A DNA stretch of 50,632 nucleotides from Corallococcus sp. BB11-1 (GTDB lineage: Bacteria > Myxococcota > Myxococcia > Myxococcales > Myxococcaceae), in the NCBI RefSeq assembly GCF_026626625.1, contig NZ_JAPNJY010000032.1, forward strand, positions 138,976 to 189,607. The letters are read 5' to 3'. The notes below the pieces were generated by a model, which made no database searches, was not told the DNA's origin, and was given only the letters and a program-made list of their open reading frames with translations. The translations under genes were made by a program, and so were the position numbers. Numbering within the stretch: position 1 is the first letter of the stretch; every line of letters begins with the position of its first letter. Positions 37,763 through 47,643 of this stretch are shown in pieces.

Positions 37763-38058
37763 GCAACCTCCACCCACCCGGCGCGCCCGTGTTTCAGGCC
37801 ACCCGGGCGTCCCTGTTAGCAGGAAGGTCGCGCCCTTTCCCAGCCGTGAAAGCAGCGCGGCAACCCCGCGTTCTCTTTCCACTTCCCACCCGGCCCACGG
37901 CTGGCCGCCTGCCCTGCGTCCCGCCATGCGTGCCGACAGGGAGGCGAGGTTTCCCCACCTGGGATCCAACCCTAGGTTTCTCGCGGTCTTCGCGCCGGGA
38001 TGACACCGCCGGCCGCGAGCGCCGTTCAACCGTGAACCGGGATGGGAGTGACGCAGCC

Positions 38059-38451
38059 ATGAGCCGAGCCAAGGACCTGGTGGGAATCCGTGAGCTTCTC
38101 CAGAAGCGCCGCAAGACGACCGAGGAGGCCCAGGCGGGCGCTCGCCGGGAGCTGATGGCGCTGAAGGACCAGGAGCGCGACCCCGAATACGAGGAGCAGG
38201 CGCAGGCGGAGCTGGCGGACTACACGCTCTCCACGCTCATCGAGGCCCAGCGCCGGGAGATCATGCTCATTGACGCCGCGCTGCGCCGCATGGACACGGA
38301 CGTGTTCGGCGAGTGCGTGGACTGCGGGAACGAGATCTCCATGGACCGGCTGGAGGCCATGCCCTTCGCCATCCGCTGCGAAGAGGACGCCGCCCTCCAC
38401 GAGCAGGAGACGCGGGACGCCGCCCGGCATGTGGGCAGCCTGTCCCTCTAG
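38059..38451 (+). CDS. DksA/TraR-family C4 zinc-finger protein
   Basis: Coiled-coil N-terminus. CVDCGNEI...AIRC four-Cys finger. 130 aa. ATG at 38059. Confidence 0.7.
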   Translation: MSRAKDLVGIRELLQKRRKTTEEAQAGARRELMALKDQERDPEYEEQAQAELADYTLSTLIEAQRREIMLIDAALRRMDTDVFGECVDCGNEISMDRLEAMPFAIRCEEDAALHEQETRDAARHVGSLSL

Positions 38452-38520
38452 CGAAGACGTCAGGCCCTCCCCCGTGTGTCCATCCCGCGCGGGGGAGTCG
38501 TGTGTCCGGCGGGCCGGCCC

Positions 38521-39105
38521 CTATTCGGGGTTACCCTGGAGCACGATGAAGCGGTAGTTCTCCAGCTCGTTCTGGCCCGCCGTGTAGAGCACGCTGACGA
38601 GCAGATCGTACGGCACGGCCTTGTCCGCGATGACGGACAGCTCGTGGCTGAACGGCGCCGTCGGGTTTCGCTCGGCGATGTACTTGAGCTTCTTCACTTC
38701 CTTCTTCAGCTGCTCATCCAGCCCCAGGATCAGCCGCTTGTCCGGGCCGAGCTGGGCCTCCGGGATGGCCTGGTTCGTCAGCTGCACCACCTTGCGCTCG
38801 CCCACCATGATGTGGCTCGCGGTGATGGTGACGGCCACCGTGTCCTTGGGCGTCGCGCGCGTGGAGGAGATGGGCGGGCGGACGTCGTCGGACGCGGTGA
38901 TGGACGCGGAGGATGACGCGAAGGACTTCAGCAGGAACACCAGGATGATGGTCATCATGTCCATCATCGCGGTGATGTTGAGCTCCCTCACTTCCGACGC
39001 GGCCTCGCGCTCCTTGCGCTTCTTGCGCGCGAGGGCACGGCGGTAGCGCATGCGCGCGAGCTGATCGGCTTCGGCGGGGATCGGGGGCGCGGCGGGCTCG
39101 GACAT
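38521..39105 (-). CDS. ExbD/TolR-family protein (AglS-like), third gene of the proton-channel triplet
   Basis: Single TM with a conserved Asp (ITAMMDMMTIILVFLL). Periplasmic ExbD domain. Lysine/arginine-rich cytoplasmic N-terminus. Confidence 0.7.
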   Translation of the reverse strand: MSEPAAPPIPAEADQLARMRYRRALARKKRKEREAASEVRELNITAMMDMMTIILVFLLKSFASSSASITASDDVRPPISSTRATPKDTVAVTITASHIMVGERKVVQLTNQAIPEAQLGPDKRLILGLDEQLKKEVKKLKYIAERNPTAPFSHELSVIADKAVPYDLLVSVLYTAGQNELENYRFIVLQGNPE

Positions 39106-39107
39106 GG

Positions 39108-39638
39108 CTACAGGGTGCCCAGGGTGACGTCGGGGAACAGCAGCTTGCGCTCGGTGGGGCCCGCCGTCTCGCGCAGGGCGTCCATCGTGTGGATGAGGGC
39201 CTCGTAGTGAACGCCTGGATCCGCCACCAAGATGACCTTCGTCTCCTGGGGGAACTCCGCCTTGATCTTCACCAGCTGCGCGTTGAGCGCCGCGTAGTCA
39301 TAGGCGCCGCTCGCGAGCTTCGGCAGCGTGGGCGCCCCCCCCTCCGGGGCCGCGGCCTCCTTGCCGTTGCCCCGGACGTAGAGGCCGTTCGTGGAGATGA
39401 GCACCTGCAGGTTCAGCTTGGGCGCCTCCCCTTCCGCCTGTCCCGCGCTGGCGGAAGCACCGCCGCCGTACGTGGGCGCGGACACGTTGAGCGCGCCAAA
39501 GGCCGTCAGGCCCGTGATGGACAGCAGCATGAAGATGATGAGGTTCATGAGGATGTCGAGGTACGGGACGATGTTCAGCTCGCCCCCCTCTTCCTCTTCC
39601 CTCGGCTTCAGCTTGCGGCGGGAGTAGTAGAGCGCCAT
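39108..39638 (-). CDS. ExbD/TolR-family protein (AglQ-like) with the conserved TM Asp at residue 28
   Basis: NIVPYLD28ILMNLIIFML places the protonatable Asp at position 28, as reported for AglQ. ExbD periplasmic domain. Confidence 0.75.
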   Translation of the reverse strand: MALYYSRRKLKPREEEEGGELNIVPYLDILMNLIIFMLLSITGLTAFGALNVSAPTYGGGASASAGQAEGEAPKLNLQVLISTNGLYVRGNGKEAAAPEGGAPTLPKLASGAYDYAALNAQLVKIKAEFPQETKVILVADPGVHYEALIHTMDALRETAGPTERKLLFPDVTLGTL

Positions 39639-39663
39639 GCGTGGCTCCGGAAGCCAGCGGAGA

Positions 39664-40416
39664 CTACGACGCCGCCCGGACGTCGTCGTCCTTGGGGACC
39701 ACTTCCAGCGAGCCGCGGCGCGACAGCAGGTTCTCCAGCTTGAGCGCGTTCAGCTCCACCGTCTCCACCATGTTCTTCGCGTACGTGTGGAAGAACAGGT
39801 GCGCCACGATGCAGATGACGGCGATGGAGAGCCCGAAGCCCGTGTTGTACATGGCCTCCGAGATGCCGTTGGAGAGCAGCGCCTGCTTCTGGTCCGCCGG
39901 CACGTTGCCCAGCGCGCGGAAGGTGCCGATGAGGCCCACGATGGTGCCGACGAGTCCCACCAGCGTCGCGATGTTCGCGAGCGACCACAGCCACTGCACC
40001 CGGCGGGTGACGTGCGGCGTGTACTCCGCCAGCGCCTCCTCCACGGACTTGGCCACCTCCACTTCACCCCGGTTCGCGTTGATGAGCCCCGCGCGGATGA
40101 CGCGGGCCAGCGGCGAGCGCGGCGCCATGCCGCAGAACTTCACCGCGCGGTCCAGGTTGCCGCTGCGCACCATCTTGTGGACCTGCTCGATGAACGCGCT
40201 CGCGTTGAGGCGGTAGCGGAACAGCAGCGTCACCGCGCGCTCGCCGATGACGGCCAGCGAGGCGAACAGCCAGAACAGGTTCACCAGCATGAAGTGGCCG
40301 CCGGCCTCGAACGCGGTGAAGACGAAGTCCACCAGACCTCCAGAGGGGGGCTGGCTGGCCGCGGGAGCCGCCTCGGCCAGGACCATGCTCAACAACGCGT
40401 TCACGGAGGGATTCAT
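39664..40416 (-). CDS. MotA/TolQ/ExbB-family proton channel (AglR-like)
   Basis: Characteristic TM2-TM3 region (WLWSLANIATLVGLVGTIVGLIGTF, AMYNTGFGLSIAVICIVAHLFF). ATG at 40416; alternative ATG at 40386. Confidence 0.75.
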   Translation of the reverse strand: MNPSVNALLSMVLAEAAPAASQPPSGGLVDFVFTAFEAGGHFMLVNLFWLFASLAVIGERAVTLLFRYRLNASAFIEQVHKMVRSGNLDRAVKFCGMAPRSPLARVIRAGLINANRGEVEVAKSVEEALAEYTPHVTRRVQWLWSLANIATLVGLVGTIVGLIGTFRALGNVPADQKQALLSNGISEAMYNTGFGLSIAVICIVAHLFFHTYAKNMVETVELNALKLENLLSRRGSLEVVPKDDDVRAAS

Positions 40417-40580
40417 CGCGGAGTGCGTCCTTTCGCTGCCCCCCGCGCGCACCCCTGCCGCGAACGGGCAGGAGGCTTGCGATCACGGGCCGGGAGCAAT
40501 CCGGACTTGTAGGGCTTCGCCCGCGAGGGTGTCAAGCCAGGGGGGTCCACCCAGCCCCCTGGAATGACTCAGCTTTCCGC

Positions 40581-43223
40581 TCAGGCCGCCGAAGGGGGCA
40601 GAGGAGCGGCTGCTGCCTCGGCAGGCGCACCCGCGGAGGCCTCCCCGGGAGCGCCGGGGACGCCCTGCTCCACCACCTCGCGGCGGTAGTCGCATTCCTT
40701 GTTCGGGCAGGAGATGTAGGCGCCGTCCCGCTTGGAGTACTTCTGCAGGAGGTACGGCGACGCGCACTGGGGGCACGCCTCCGGGAGCGGCCGATCCCAC
40801 GCGGCGAACTTGCAGTCCGGGTAGCGGTTGCAGCCGAAGAAGATCTTCCCCCGTCCGCTGCGGCGCTCGGTGAGGTAGCCCACCTTGCACTCCGGGCACG
40901 ACACGCCGATGGAGATGGGCTTGGACGTCTTGCAGTCCGGGTAGCCCGAGCACGCCATGAAGCGCCCGAACCGGCCGCGCTTGATGACCATGGGCTTGGC
41001 GCACTTCTCGCATTTCTCGTCCGTGGTCTCCTCCTCCACGATGACGATCTTCCCCTCGGCGTCCCGCTTGAAGTCCTTGGTGTTCTTGCAGTCGGGGTAG
41101 TTCGAGCAGGCGAGGAAGTGGCCCATCTTCCCGAACTTGATGACGAACGGGTTGCCGCACTTCTCGCAGGCGATGTCGGTCTTGATCTCCTCGCGCTTGA
41201 CGTCGCGCATCTCCGCTTCGGCCTTCTCCAGGGTCTCCTTGAAGGGCCCGTAGAAGTCGTGGAGCACGGTCTTCCAGCTGGCGCCGCCGTCGGAGATCTG
41301 GTCCAGCTTCTCCTCCATGCTGGCCGTGAACGTCACGTCCAGCTCATGGGGGAAGTGCTTCACCAGCAGCTCGTTGGTCATCTGCCCCAGGTCCGTGGGG
41401 CGGAAGCGGCTCTCCAGCTTCTCCACGTACTTCTTGTCCTGGATGTTGGAGAGGATGGCCGCGTACGTGGACGGACGGCCGATGCCGCGCTCCTCCAGCT
41501 CCTTCACCAGCGTGGCCTCGCTGAAGCGCGGGGGCGGCTGGGTGAAGTGCTGCTCGTTGAGCAGCTTGTGCAGGGCCAGCACCTCGCCCTCGTTGAGGGG
41601 CGGCAGCTCGCCCACCACGTCCTCGGCGCCGTCCTCACCGGCGGCCTTGGCCTTGTCGCGCTCGGACTCCTCTTCCGGCGTGAGGCCGGCGCCGTACACG
41701 CCCAGGTAGCCGGGGAACTTCAGCGTGCTGCCGGACGCGCGGAAGGTGGCGCGGCCCGCGGTGATGTCCGCGGCCGTCTGGTCATACACGGCGGGCTTCA
41801 TCTGGCACGCGACGAAGCGGTTCCAGATGAGCTCGTAGAGGCGGAACATGTCCGACTCGTCCATCGCGTCGAAGAAGGGACGCACGCGCTCGGGCGGGTA
41901 CTCCAGGGACGTGGGCCGGATGGCCTCGTGCGCGTCCTGGGCGCTCTTGCGGCTCTTGTAGACCATGGGCTCCGGCGGCAGGTAGTCCGCGCCGTACTTC
42001 TGGCCAATGAACTCGCGCACCTGCGTGACGGCGTCGTCCGACAGGCGCGTGGAGTCCGTGCGCATGTACGTGATGAGCGCCGTCTGGCCCTCCTCACCCA
42101 GCGGCACGCCTTCGTACAGCTTCTGCGCCAGCGTCATCGTCTTCTTGGCGGTGAAGTGCAGCCGGTTCGCCGCCTCCTGCTGGAGCTTGGAGGTGATGAA
42201 GGGCGCGGGCGCGTTGCGGCGGCGCTCCTTGCGGTCCACCTTGGTGACGGTGAAGGGCGCGTCCTTCAGCTCCGCGACGAGCCCGTCCGTGGTGGCGCGG
42301 TCCTTCAGCTCCACCTTCTTGCCGTCCACGCGGGACAGCTTCGCCTTGAAGGGCGGCGGCCCCTGCGGGCCCTGCACCAGCGCGTCCAGCGTCCAGTACT
42401 CCTCGGGCGTGAAGGCCTTGATCTCCGCCTCGCGCTCCACGATGAGGCGCACCGCCACGGACTGCACGCGGCCGGCGGACAGGCCCCGGCGGATCTTCTT
42501 CCAGAGCAGCGGCGAGATTTGATAGCCGACGAGCCGGTCCAGGATGCGCCGCGTCTGCTGCGAGTCGTAGTTGTCCTGGTTGAGCTCGCGCGGGTTGGCG
42601 ATGGCTTCCTGCACCGCCTTCTTGGTGATCTCGTTGAAGGTCACCCGGAGGGAGTCCGGGTGGGCCAGCTCCTCCTTGATGTGCCAGGCGATGGCCTCGC
42701 CCTCGCGGTCGGGGTCTGTCGCGAGGAACACGCGGTCCACCGTCTTGGCCGTCTTCTTCAGCTCGTTGAGGACCTTCTCCTTGCCCTTGATGACCGTGTA
42801 CTCGGGCTTGAAGTCGTCCTCCACGTCGACGCCAATCTTGCTCTTGGGCAGATCCTTCACGTGCCCCACGGAGGCCTTCACCGTGTAGCCAGAGCCCAGG
42901 TACTTCTTGATGGTCTTGGCCTTGGCGGGAGACTCCACCACCACCAGGTAGTGCGGGCCCTTGCCACGACGCTCGGGGACTTCTTCCTCGGCCTCCTCCG
43001 CGTCCGCGTCCACGGTGGGAAGCTCCTCGCCGTCCGCGCCACGGCGACGGGCCGCCGTCTTCTTCTTGGCCGAGGCCTTCTTCGCCGCCGTCTTCTTCTT
43101 GGCGGGCGCCTTCTTGGCGGGCGCCTTCTTGGCCGCCGGCTTCTTGGAGGCCGCCTTCTTGGGCGTCGTCTCCTCCGTCGCCGCTTCCGTCTGCGCCGCC
43201 TGTGTCTTCTTCCGCGTGGCCAT
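40581..43223 (-). CDS. topA: DNA topoisomerase I with an N-terminal ~95-aa lysine/alanine-rich extension and three C-terminal C4 zinc ribbons
   Basis: TOPRIM start (HYLVVVESPAKAKTIKKYLG) and catalytic region. Three C4 ribbons near the C-terminus (CEKCGNP...C, CEKCAKP...C, CPEC...C). ATG at 43223; a TTG at 43250 is the alternative start. Confidence 0.9.
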   Translation of the reverse strand: MATRKKTQAAQTEAATEETTPKKAASKKPAAKKAPAKKAPAKKKTAAKKASAKKKTAARRRGADGEELPTVDADAEEAEEEVPERRGKGPHYLVVVESPAKAKTIKKYLGSGYTVKASVGHVKDLPKSKIGVDVEDDFKPEYTVIKGKEKVLNELKKTAKTVDRVFLATDPDREGEAIAWHIKEELAHPDSLRVTFNEITKKAVQEAIANPRELNQDNYDSQQTRRILDRLVGYQISPLLWKKIRRGLSAGRVQSVAVRLIVEREAEIKAFTPEEYWTLDALVQGPQGPPPFKAKLSRVDGKKVELKDRATTDGLVAELKDAPFTVTKVDRKERRRNAPAPFITSKLQQEAANRLHFTAKKTMTLAQKLYEGVPLGEEGQTALITYMRTDSTRLSDDAVTQVREFIGQKYGADYLPPEPMVYKSRKSAQDAHEAIRPTSLEYPPERVRPFFDAMDESDMFRLYELIWNRFVACQMKPAVYDQTAADITAGRATFRASGSTLKFPGYLGVYGAGLTPEEESERDKAKAAGEDGAEDVVGELPPLNEGEVLALHKLLNEQHFTQPPPRFSEATLVKELEERGIGRPSTYAAILSNIQDKKYVEKLESRFRPTDLGQMTNELLVKHFPHELDVTFTASMEEKLDQISDGGASWKTVLHDFYGPFKETLEKAEAEMRDVKREEIKTDIACEKCGNPFVIKFGKMGHFLACSNYPDCKNTKDFKRDAEGKIVIVEEETTDEKCEKCAKPMVIKRGRFGRFMACSGYPDCKTSKPISIGVSCPECKVGYLTERRSGRGKIFFGCNRYPDCKFAAWDRPLPEACPQCASPYLLQKYSKRDGAYISCPNKECDYRREVVEQGVPGAPGEASAGAPAEAAAAPLPPSAA

Positions 43224-43246
43224 GGCTCTCCTACCTCGGACTGCCT

Positions 43247-44371
43247 TCAAACCTTCTCGTACCGTTTACCCGGGTGCTGGACCACCAGCCCCGACAATTC
43301 CAACTCCACCAGGGCGCTCGTGAGCGCGGCGGGGGACAGCGGACTGTGGGCGAGCACCTCGTCGAAAGACCGGGGAACCCTGTCCAACAGCCCATAAGCC
43401 CCGCGCGCTTCCACGGACAGCGCCTCCCACCAACCTCCTTCACGCCCCGCCGGCACCGCCCGGGCGGGGTGAACGCCCACCACCGCGCAGATTGCTTCCG
43501 CCGACGTACAGGCCCGGGCCCGCCCGTCCGCCAGCAGGGCGTTGCAGCCCGCCGCCGCCGGCTGCCACACGTCCCCGGGCAGGGCGAACACCGGACGGCC
43601 CTGGGTGCGGGCCGCGTCCGCCGTGTACAGGCTCCCGGACTCCAGTCCGGCCCGCATCACCAGCACCGCGTCCGACGCTCCGGCGATGAGTCGGTTGCGC
43701 CGGGGGAAGGTCGTCGTGCTCGCCCGGACACCGGGCGGCAGCTCGCTGAAGAACACCCCGCCCCGGGAGAGGAAGTGGGGCAGCAGCCGGGCCTGGGCCG
43801 GATCCAACGCATCCAGGGCCGACCCCAGGAACGCCCACGTCTCCCCGCTCGCGTCCAGGGCGCCCCAGTGGCACGCCCGGTCCACCCCCTCCGCCGCGCC
43901 CGACACCACCCCCACGCCGGCCTCCGCCACCTGCCGGGCGAACGTGCGCGCGAACGGCAGGAAGCCCTGGTCGGGGTGCCGGCTGCCCACCATGGCCAGC
44001 CGGCGCCGGGGAGGGCCGGGCTCGCCCCGGTAGAAGAGCAGCGGCGGCGCGTCCTCCAGCCCCACCAACCGGCCGGGATGGGCGGGCATGCCCGCGAAGG
44101 CCACCCGGATGCCCGCCACGGCGCAGGCGGACTGCACCCGCGACGCCAGGTCGTCCAGGGATGCGACGGCCGCCAGGCGCTGCCGGACGGCGGTGGGCAC
44201 CGGGACGTCGGACACCCAGTCCCGCACCGGGGCGGACGCCAGACGGGACAGCGCCCCGCCGGCGAACGCACGCACCGCGTCCAACGTCCGGGGCCCCAGG
44301 CCAGGGATGGCCCAGAGCGCCAGGCAGGCGCGGTGTTCTGCGGTGAGTGTGCCCGTGTCCGTGTCCGCCAT
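43247..44371 (-). CDS. dprA: DNA-processing protein DprA (Smf)
   Basis: Rossmann-like DprA core (VVSGAAEGVDRACHWGAL, GSLYTADAARTQGRPVFALPG). Conserved position immediately upstream of topA. ATG at 44371. Confidence 0.85.
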   Translation of the reverse strand: MADTDTGTLTAEHRACLALWAIPGLGPRTLDAVRAFAGGALSRLASAPVRDWVSDVPVPTAVRQRLAAVASLDDLASRVQSACAVAGIRVAFAGMPAHPGRLVGLEDAPPLLFYRGEPGPPRRRLAMVGSRHPDQGFLPFARTFARQVAEAGVGVVSGAAEGVDRACHWGALDASGETWAFLGSALDALDPAQARLLPHFLSRGGVFFSELPPGVRASTTTFPRRNRLIAGASDAVLVMRAGLESGSLYTADAARTQGRPVFALPGDVWQPAAAGCNALLADGRARACTSAEAICAVVGVHPARAVPAGREGGWWEALSVEARGAYGLLDRVPRSFDEVLAHSPLSPAALTSALVELELSGLVVQHPGKRYEKV

Positions 44372-44514
44372 ACCCGTCCCCCGCCTGTTTCCCACCTATA
44401 TAGAGGTGGACCCGGGAGGGGCGTGACACATAACACCGGAACATCGGTGGTCAAGCGGCCCGCCCCTCCAGGGCGGGCCGGAATGCAGCTTTCCTGCCGT
44501 TCCGGAGCCCGGGA

Positions 44515-45738
44515 CTACCGGCTGGCGGTGGGGGCCCCGTCCTTGCGCATGGTGGCGCGATCCCCCGGGGAGATCTCCACCAGGGAGCGGGTGATGAGGC
44601 AGTTGGAGGTGCGCTCGCGGACCTCGGTGACCATGCACTGGGCCACGGCCTCCCACGGGTAGGCGCGCTCGCCCTTCTTGATCTCGCTCGGGTTGGTCTT
44701 GCGGCGCCCGAGCACGTTCAGGCTGGGGTCACCCTTGCGATCAATGGTGAAGACGTTGCCCACCTGCACGCCGTCCGCGGTGCCGCGGTCGACGATGATG
44801 AAGTGGTGCTCGCTCATCACCGTCTGGCCCGCCGTCATCGGCGTCAGCACGTAGCCGGGGATCTCCTTGGCGTTCGGCTTGGGGGCGACGCGCTCCGACA
44901 GCCGCTCGCTGGAGGGGCCCACGTAGTTGCCACGCTCGATGGGGTCCCAGGTCTCCATGATGCGCGCGGTGACCACGTCGTCGTTGATGGCGGTGACCTG
45001 CACCGTGCCCAGCAGCTCCGTGAGGAAGCCCGCCTTGGCGCCCGTCACCGGGTGCTTCACCGGCTCCACGGTGTGGTAGACGACGTAGCTCTCCCCGACC
45101 TTGGCGGCGCCGCGCTTCTTGAAGCGCAGGTACACGCGCGACGGGGCCGACAGCATCAGCGCCTCGGAGGGCGAACCGTCGATGCGGCCCGCCTCGTCCA
45201 GCTCACGCGCCGTCACGAAGCCCTTGGTCGTCACCGGCCGGGCCGCGGACGGGTCGTAGCCGATCTTCCCCACCACCGTCACCAGGCTGGCGCCGCTCAC
45301 GTCCTGGGGCGCCTCCATGTCGTCGGTAGGAAGGTTGCCCGCCTCCACGCGCGAGGGGACCTCCTCGCCGCCCGGGTAGAACTTCACGTTGTTGCCCGGG
45401 TAGATCCAGTGCGGGTTGGCGATCTGCGGGTTGTAGGACCAGACCTTGGGCCAGTACCAGGGGCTGCCCAGGTAGCGCTGGGACAGATCCCACAGCGTGT
45501 CGCCGCCCTCCACCGTGTGCACCTGGCCGGGGGCGCTCTCGCGGCCCTGGGGGGCGCCGGGAGGCAGCGTGACGGAGGTGGGACGCTCCGGGGCTTCGTC
45601 GGAGATGTCCTGGCCTTCCGTCTCACCTCCGGCCGACTGCGATTCCTCCTCTTGCGCGTCCTGCTGCTGGGCATGGGCCGTCCACGCCGGGGCGACGGCG
45701 AGGGGCACGAGCAGGGAGGCGAGGATCCGGGAGCGCAT
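44515..45738 (-). CDS. Secreted LysM-domain protein
   Basis: Signal peptide (MRSRILASLLVPLAVAPAWTAHA). Acidic low-complexity linker. LysM motif (HTVEGGDTLWDLSQRYLGSPWYW). ATG at 45738. Confidence 0.7.
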   Translation of the reverse strand: MRSRILASLLVPLAVAPAWTAHAQQQDAQEEESQSAGGETEGQDISDEAPERPTSVTLPPGAPQGRESAPGQVHTVEGGDTLWDLSQRYLGSPWYWPKVWSYNPQIANPHWIYPGNNVKFYPGGEEVPSRVEAGNLPTDDMEAPQDVSGASLVTVVGKIGYDPSAARPVTTKGFVTARELDEAGRIDGSPSEALMLSAPSRVYLRFKKRGAAKVGESYVVYHTVEPVKHPVTGAKAGFLTELLGTVQVTAINDDVVTARIMETWDPIERGNYVGPSSERLSERVAPKPNAKEIPGYVLTPMTAGQTVMSEHHFIIVDRGTADGVQVGNVFTIDRKGDPSLNVLGRRKTNPSEIKKGERAYPWEAVAQCMVTEVRERTSNCLITRSLVEISPGDRATMRKDGAPTASR

Positions 45739-45765
45739 CGGACGACGTCCTTTCACGAAAAGGGC

Positions 45766-46608
45766 TTACGGCGAGAGCGCGGCGAGCCGCTGCTCCGCCT
45801 GCGTGGCGGCGGCCGTCCCCGGGAACTGGGTGACGACGCGAGTATAGAGGGCCCTGGCATCCACGGCCTGATTGAGCCGCACCCGGCACTCCGCGAGCCG
45901 GAGCATGCCGTCCAGGATGGCATCCCCGGCGGGGTAGGTCTTGATGAGCCGTTCGAACGTCTTGGCGGCGCTGGCCGGGTCCTGGAGGCCCATCTGCCCC
46001 AGCCCGGTGAAGTACAGCGCGTTGTCCGCGCGGGGGTGGCGGGGGTTGGTCTCCGCGAAGCGCGTGAGCTGATCCACGCCCCCCTCCACGTTGCCGGTGC
46101 GCAGCAGCGACACGGCGTGCTCGTACTCGGCTTCCAGGATGGCCGGATCCTTGTCCGGCGGCTCCGCGCGGCCGGGCGACGCGGAAGCGGTCCCCGACGA
46201 GCCCTCCGCCGGGCTGATGAACATCTCCATCTGGTCCTGATCCGGCTCCACCACCGCGACCGCCGTGGCGATGCGCGGGGCGGGTTCCTTCTTCGGCTTG
46301 AGCCGCACCACCGCCAGCTCCGACGGGGGCAGGCCCAGCGCTTCGCTGCCGGTGGGCTCGTCGGAGGCCCTGGCGCTGCTCACCGGCGCGGGCGTGGCCG
46401 GGGCCACGGAGCGGGCGCGGGAGACGGCGTCGCGGGTCTCCAGCCGCTCCAGGCGCTCCACGAGCTTCGCCTGGGAGGAGCGCAGCGTGCGCAGCTCCGC
46501 TTCCAGCCGCCCCACTTCCGCCTGGGAGGCGGCGGTGGTGGCGCAGGCGGTGGGCGCGCACAGCGCCACGACGGCAAACAGGCGGAAGAAGAAGGGGCGC
46601 ACCGGCAC
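45766..46608 (-). CDS. CpoB/YbgF-like lipoprotein (coiled coil + C-terminal TPR)
   Basis: Lipobox (ALCAPTAC). Heptad coiled coil (RLEAELRTLRSSQAKLVERLERLE). C-terminal TPR-like region typical of Tol-Pal-associated YbgF. Confidence 0.6.
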   Translation of the reverse strand: MPVRPFFFRLFAVVALCAPTACATTAASQAEVGRLEAELRTLRSSQAKLVERLERLETRDAVSRARSVAPATPAPVSSARASDEPTGSEALGLPPSELAVVRLKPKKEPAPRIATAVAVVEPDQDQMEMFISPAEGSSGTASASPGRAEPPDKDPAILEAEYEHAVSLLRTGNVEGGVDQLTRFAETNPRHPRADNALYFTGLGQMGLQDPASAAKTFERLIKTYPAGDAILDGMLRLAECRVRLNQAVDARALYTRVVTQFPGTAAATQAEQRLAALSP

Positions 46609-46662
46609 GAGCCTGGACGGAGGGGATTCCGCGTCGAGGATAGGAAGGCCGGACAGAGACCG

Positions 46663-47451
46663 TCAAGAAAACGGCCGGCCTGGCACGGGACGCTCGAAGC
46701 GGTGTAGCACGAAATTGAGGTGCCGGCCCGTGAGCCCCGCGTCCCGGCGGTGGGAGAAGAACCGCTCGCGATCACACGCCGTACACACCTGTAGCACATC
46801 CACGTGCCCGGCCTGGAGGCCCGCCTTGAGCAGCGACGCCCTCACCGCGCGGGGCAGGTCCAGGTGGGGCTTCACGCCCTCGCGCACCACGTCCGGGCCG
46901 AAGCGCGCGCGGAAGCGCTCCCCCAGCTCCACGGACACCTCATAGCAGCACGCCTGGATGCAGGGCCCCACCGCCGCCAGCAGCCGCTCCGGCCGCGAGC
47001 CCTTCGCCACCAGCGCCTCCACCGTGCGCGCGCTGATCTCCAGATCCGTGCCCTTCCAGCCCGAGTGCACCGCCGCCACCCGGCGCCCTTCCGGATCCAC
47101 CAGCAGCACCGGCACGCAGTCCGCGGTGCCCACCGCCACCCAGCTGCCCTCCTCCTGTGTCCAGAGCGCGTCCGCCTCGCCCAGCGTCGGGCGCAGCACG
47201 TCGTCCGGTTCGCCCCGCACCTCCAGCACCCGGTCGCCGTGCACCTGCGACACCCGGCCCAGCGCGCCCAGCTTCGCGCCCACCGCCAGGGCCAGCCGCC
47301 GGTGGTTCTCCTCCACGCGAGCGCGCTCGTCCCCCACCGAGAACCCCAGGTTCAGCGACGCGTAGGGCCCCTGCGACACCCCACCCTCACGGGTGGCGAA
47401 GCCGTGCGGCACCGGCAACAGCGCGGACGTGAGGAACGCGGGCGTGGACAT
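46663..47451 (-). CDS. pgeF: Purine-nucleoside phosphorylase/laccase-domain protein PgeF (YfiH, DUF152)
   Basis: Conserved Cys/His motifs (GTADCVPVLL, HSGWKGT, CTACD). ATG at 47451. Confidence 0.8.
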   Translation of the reverse strand: MSTPAFLTSALLPVPHGFATREGGVSQGPYASLNLGFSVGDERARVEENHRRLALAVGAKLGALGRVSQVHGDRVLEVRGEPDDVLRPTLGEADALWTQEEGSWVAVGTADCVPVLLVDPEGRRVAAVHSGWKGTDLEISARTVEALVAKGSRPERLLAAVGPCIQACCYEVSVELGERFRARFGPDVVREGVKPHLDLPRAVRASLLKAGLQAGHVDVLQVCTACDRERFFSHRRDAGLTGRHLNFVLHRFERPVPGRPFS

Positions 47452-47643
47452 GGGGCCTCCCTCGGGGATTCCGCCGCACCGTGGGCGCAGCCCCTGAAAA
47501 CAGGAACTCGCAGGTAACAGCAGTCCAGGTTCAATATTTCCGCATGAGTACGTTTGACAGGGCGTGTCACCACCCTGACAATTTCTGAACACTCCGGGTT
47601 CACGCGCAGAAGGCGCGGGCTTCGGAGACACTGCGCTGCGCAC

